Positions 60,743 to 64,000 of a DNA stretch of 64,000 nucleotides are shown here, one piece after another. The translations under genes were made by a program, and so were the position numbers. The notes under the pieces are model-generated. The model ran no database searches and had not been told where the DNA came from. It saw nothing but the letters and a program-made list of their open reading frames with translations. Origin of the DNA: a bacterium (GTDB lineage Bacteria > Krumholzibacteriota > Krumholzibacteriia > G020349025); the NCBI GenBank assembly GCA_031362565.1, contig JANLSU010000067.1, forward strand, positions 32,001 to 96,000. The letters are read 5' to 3'. Each line of letters opens with the position of its first letter. Positions within the stretch are counted from its first letter, which is position 1.

Positions 60743-60776
60743 CACACGACCGGATCTCGAAGGGGGAGTGAGGACT

Positions 60777-63700
60777 TTGAAGTCCAGAGTTTGTGGCACG
60801 TTGCGTGAACGTGTGCGCCCCCTGGCGCAGCTCTGGTTCGTGGTCGCGTCGCTCGCGGCGTCTGTGGCGTTCGCGCAACAGACGACGCCGTATGGCTCGG
60901 TCACGGGCAAGGTCGTCGACAAGGACTCGGGCGCACCGCTCAATTTCGCCAACGTTGTGATTGTCGGCACCTCGATGGGTGCGAACGCGCGTAACGGCGG
61001 TTTGTTCAACATCGCCATCGTTCCCGTCGGCACCTACAATTTGAAGGCATCGTACGTCGGCTACGATGCGCAGACCCTCGTCAACGTGCGGGTCGACGCC
61101 GGCAAGCCGCTGGTGCTCGAGTTCCGGCTCAAAAAGGGCAGCGGGACAATGCTCGATGCCGTCAAGGTCACGGGCAAAGTCAAACAGATCGACGTCAAGT
61201 CGTCCGACGTGTCGCACGTGCAGACCGACAAGGAGTTCTTGTCGTTGCCGGTGGAAAGCGTCACCGAAGCGGTGGCACTCAACACGGGTGTCGTGGTGCA
61301 AGGCGGCGAGTTGCACGTCCGCGGCGGCCGGTCGAACGAAGTCTCGGTGCGCATCGACGGGGTGCCGGTCGACGATCCGCTTTCCGGCGGCAGTGTCGAC
61401 TTGGGATTGCTCTCCGTGGCGCAGTCCGAACTCATCACCGGCGGAATGGATGCCGAATACGGCAATGCCTCGTCGGCGATCATCAACTTCACGACCAAGT
61501 CCGGCGGCCGGAACTTCGAAGGCAATTTCCGCTATACGACCGACGACTATGGGCGCGCCGACAAAACCTTCACGAACTACGACCGGCTGTCGCTCGGGAT
61601 GGGCGGGCCGACACCGTTCAACGATCTGACGTACTACGTCTCGGGTGAGGCCACGTTCCAAGACGGCGAAGTGCTGTCCGTGCGCCGCTACCCCGAACAC
61701 GAGTACCTGAACGGCTTCCTGAAGTTCAAGGAACGCGCCGACACCAATTTCCGCACCCAGGCGCGGCTCGACTGGAAGGTCAGCAAGGGCGTCAAGATGT
61801 CGGGTGAGATGACGCTCGACAAGACGTCGTCCGATCCGTACATCCACAACTACAACACGTCCGGCCAAGTCTCGCGGATCATGATCTTCCCGGAGTTTCG
61901 CCGCAACCGATTCGCACCCCAGGAACCGTGGTATGCGATTCAGTCGCAGGTCATCATGTACTCGGGGTCGTGGTATCAGAAGGCGCTGAAGGCGACCTAT
62001 GTCGATATCCGCGACGATCCGAGTTGCCAGTACTGCCTGCTGCCGGTTTCCGACAACCAGACGCAGCGCGCGGTACGCGTCGTCGATTTCCAAGGCCGCG
62101 GGTCGGAACCGACCCTGCCGCCGGCTCTCGGCGGCCGGCTGGCCGTGTACGCGTACATCGACTTCATCATCTTCGACGGCTTCCAGAATCCGATCTCGAC
62201 GTGGGTGCCCGAAGTGGGGTCGGCCGCGGCCGACACCAACAAGGCGGAGTTCAACGCCGCCGAACACGTGTGGACCAACAAGAACCTGAGCTACCAGTTC
62301 AAATGGTCGATGACCCATACCCTGTCGCCCAGGAGCTTTTACGAAGTCAAGTTGTCGCGCCTCAGTTTCGACGTGCTGAGTAGCGTCAACGACCAGACGC
62401 CTGGCGAGTACGCGACGGCGGGCAAGTTCCTGTGGGTGCCCGGCCGCGGTCCGATCACCGTCGGCAACGTCGACTTCTACACCGATCCGGAAGTGCCATT
62501 CTTCGCGACGGCTTACGATTACCAGCGCTACTCGCGCCGGAACAGCGCCACGTACTTGATGCGTTCCGACATCACGACGCAACGTTGGAAGAACCACAAG
62601 ATGAAGGGCGGCTTGCTCGTCCAGTACAACGATCTGGATAATGCGACGTTCACCGGCCCCGGACGCCAGCGCCAATTCCGGGAGTCGTACGGGTTCAGCG
62701 GCAACGTCTTCCACAATTTCAATCCGGAAGGTTCGTTTTACGTCCAGGATCAGTGGCAGTACGAGGGCATGGTCGTCAACGGCGGCGCGCGTTACGACTT
62801 CTTCTCGCCGGGATCCGGCGTCGGGGTCGAGGTCAACAGCAGCCAGATCCAGCGCGACATCGACCGCTGGAAGACGCAGTTGAGCCCGCGACTGGGGCTC
62901 TCGTTCCCGATCACCGATCGCGACAACTTCCACTTCCACTACGGCCGCTTCATCCAGTTCCCGGAGAAGAACCTCATCTTCGCGACTCAGGATGTGAACG
63001 GCGGCCTCGGGACGCTCGGCAATCCGAACTTGGATCCCGAGACGTCGATTTCGTACCAGGCCGGCATCAAACATCAGTTCTCAACCGACGTGTCCGGGCA
63101 GTTCGCGCTGTTCAACAAGGACTACTACGGCCTGGTGTCGTCGATCGAGATCACGGACGACTCCACGGGCACCCAGAACACGCGCTACATCAACAAGGCG
63201 TACGCCAGCAGCCGCGGCGTCGAGTTGCAGCTCAACAAGGACTTCAGCCGCAACTTCGCCTTCGATCTCGCCTATACGTTCTCGTTCGCGGACGGTGTGG
63301 CGTCGAACGCCGACTTCGGCGTTCAAGCCCAGGGCTTGTCGCACTTGCCGACCGGTGAGCTGCCGCTCGATTGGGACCAGCGGCACACGTTCAACGCGAC
63401 CCTGTCGATCGCCCGCGCCGGCGACTGGTCGGCCACGACGGTCTATCAGTACACGAGTGGACTGCCTTGGACGCCGTTCTTCCGGTTCGAAAAGCGGCAG
63501 GATCCGGTTCTGGAGAACTCCCGCCGGTTTCCAAAGCAGCACCTCGTCAACTTCCGCGGCGAAAAGTTCTTCAAAATCTACGGCCAGGACTTGCGGCTGT
63601 TCTTCGATGGCCGCAATTTGCTGGACGAGAAGGTGATCGCGGACTTGAGCCCGTTGGTCTATCCGGGGCTCCGCAACGCCACCGACGGCTACGTGTCGTA

Positions 63701-63842
63701 CGCCACGGAGCAAAACCGTTTTGGCGGCGCCTACTTGCTCGACAGTGACGGCGACGGCCGCGATGAGTTCTTCCCGGTCAACGACCCGCGCGTCTTCGGA
63801 CAGCGCCGCTTATTCCGTATCGGACTCGGATTCGAATTCTGA
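60777..63842 (+). CDS. TonB-dependent receptor (paralog of the first)
   Basis: TTG after SD GGGGGAG (alternative GTG 60768). Signal AFA-QQ, GSVTGKVVD...PL.FANV, LHVRGGRSNE, TGGMDAEYGNA, LSPRLG, GNPNLDPE, ...IGLGFEF. Confidence 0.92.
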   Translation: MKSRVCGTLRERVRPLAQLWFVVASLAASVAFAQQTTPYGSVTGKVVDKDSGAPLNFANVVIVGTSMGANARNGGLFNIAIVPVGTYNLKASYVGYDAQTLVNVRVDAGKPLVLEFRLKKGSGTMLDAVKVTGKVKQIDVKSSDVSHVQTDKEFLSLPVESVTEAVALNTGVVVQGGELHVRGGRSNEVSVRIDGVPVDDPLSGGSVDLGLLSVAQSELITGGMDAEYGNASSAIINFTTKSGGRNFEGNFRYTTDDYGRADKTFTNYDRLSLGMGGPTPFNDLTYYVSGEATFQDGEVLSVRRYPEHEYLNGFLKFKERADTNFRTQARLDWKVSKGVKMSGEMTLDKTSSDPYIHNYNTSGQVSRIMIFPEFRRNRFAPQEPWYAIQSQVIMYSGSWYQKALKATYVDIRDDPSCQYCLLPVSDNQTQRAVRVVDFQGRGSEPTLPPALGGRLAVYAYIDFIIFDGFQNPISTWVPEVGSAAADTNKAEFNAAEHVWTNKNLSYQFKWSMTHTLSPRSFYEVKLSRLSFDVLSSVNDQTPGEYATAGKFLWVPGRGPITVGNVDFYTDPEVPFFATAYDYQRYSRRNSATYLMRSDITTQRWKNHKMKGGLLVQYNDLDNATFTGPGRQRQFRESYGFSGNVFHNFNPEGSFYVQDQWQYEGMVVNGGARYDFFSPGSGVGVEVNSSQIQRDIDRWKTQLSPRLGLSFPITDRDNFHFHYGRFIQFPEKNLIFATQDVNGGLGTLGNPNLDPETSISYQAGIKHQFSTDVSGQFALFNKDYYGLVSSIEITDDSTGTQNTRYINKAYASSRGVELQLNKDFSRNFAFDLAYTFSFADGVASNADFGVQAQGLSHLPTGELPLDWDQRHTFNATLSIARAGDWSATTVYQYTSGLPWTPFFRFEKRQDPVLENSRRFPKQHLVNFRGEKFFKIYGQDLRLFFDGRNLLDEKVIADLSPLVYPGLRNATDGYVSYATEQNRFGGAYLLDSDGDGRDEFFPVNDPRVFGQRRLFRIGLGFEF

Positions 63843-63906
63843 GTCCAAGCCCATGTTCTCGCAGGTGGCGCACGCAGGCGGCGGGGCGCCTGGAAAGGCT
63901 GAGGCA

Positions 63907-64000
63907 ATGCGCAGAGGAATCACCAGAGCAATCACCGGACTGCTCCTGGGGTTCGCGGTCGCCGTGCTGCGGCCGGTCCCGGTTGTGGCGCGTAGCAATA
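63907..64000 (+). CDS. Start of secreted protein (3'-partial)
   Basis: GAGG then ATG. MRRGITRAITGLLLGFAVAVLRPVPVVARSN is a signal peptide open to the window end. Confidence 0.6.
   Translation, partial: MRRGITRAITGLLLGFAVAVLRPVPVVARSN

Noticed and set aside
60571..60776. Cobalamin riboswitch before the TBDR (a B12 mutase is in the window)
   Set aside because: B12-box and core consensus elements were not found.
1..64000. CRISPR arrays, tRNA/rRNA genes, IS elements, integrases
   Set aside because: No regularly spaced repeats, cloverleaf motifs or transposase/integrase motifs were seen by eye.

Overview
High-GC bacterial chromosomal segment. The likely source is an FCB-superphylum diderm, possibly a Latescibacterota/Krumholzibacteriota/Eisenbacteria-like lineage; this is inferred from the PorV-like and FlgD/T9SS-CTD proteins and the rplM-rpsI-rpsB-tsf-pyrH-frr order, not from a database search. 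Contents in order: (1) a SusD-less outer-membrane operon encoding a TonB-dependent receptor, a PorV-like barrel, an NHL lipoprotein, an FN3/CTD protein, a lipoprotein and a tandem OB-fold FlgD-CTD protein; (2) translation genes with an rpsB/t44 leader; (3) a candidate ~295-nt structured ncRNA between an ECF-type promoter and a terminator; (4) a complete nuoA-N operon with fused nuoCD, an expanded NuoH and a Rex-like operator; (5) a split methylmalonyl-CoA mutase, dut and a CE4 deacetylase; (6) a TPR/DUF4388/UbiA group with a candidate sigma54 promoter; (7) asnS, a 41-aa small ORF, an HTTM protein and uvrA; (8) two GT-C glycosyltransferases; (9) gcvT-H-PA-PB and a lipoate ligase; (10) an Opp/Dpp ABC transporter; (11) a second paralogous TonB receptor behind a long structured leader. 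No tRNA, rRNA, CRISPR array or mobile element was seen. All assignments come from motif recognition by eye.
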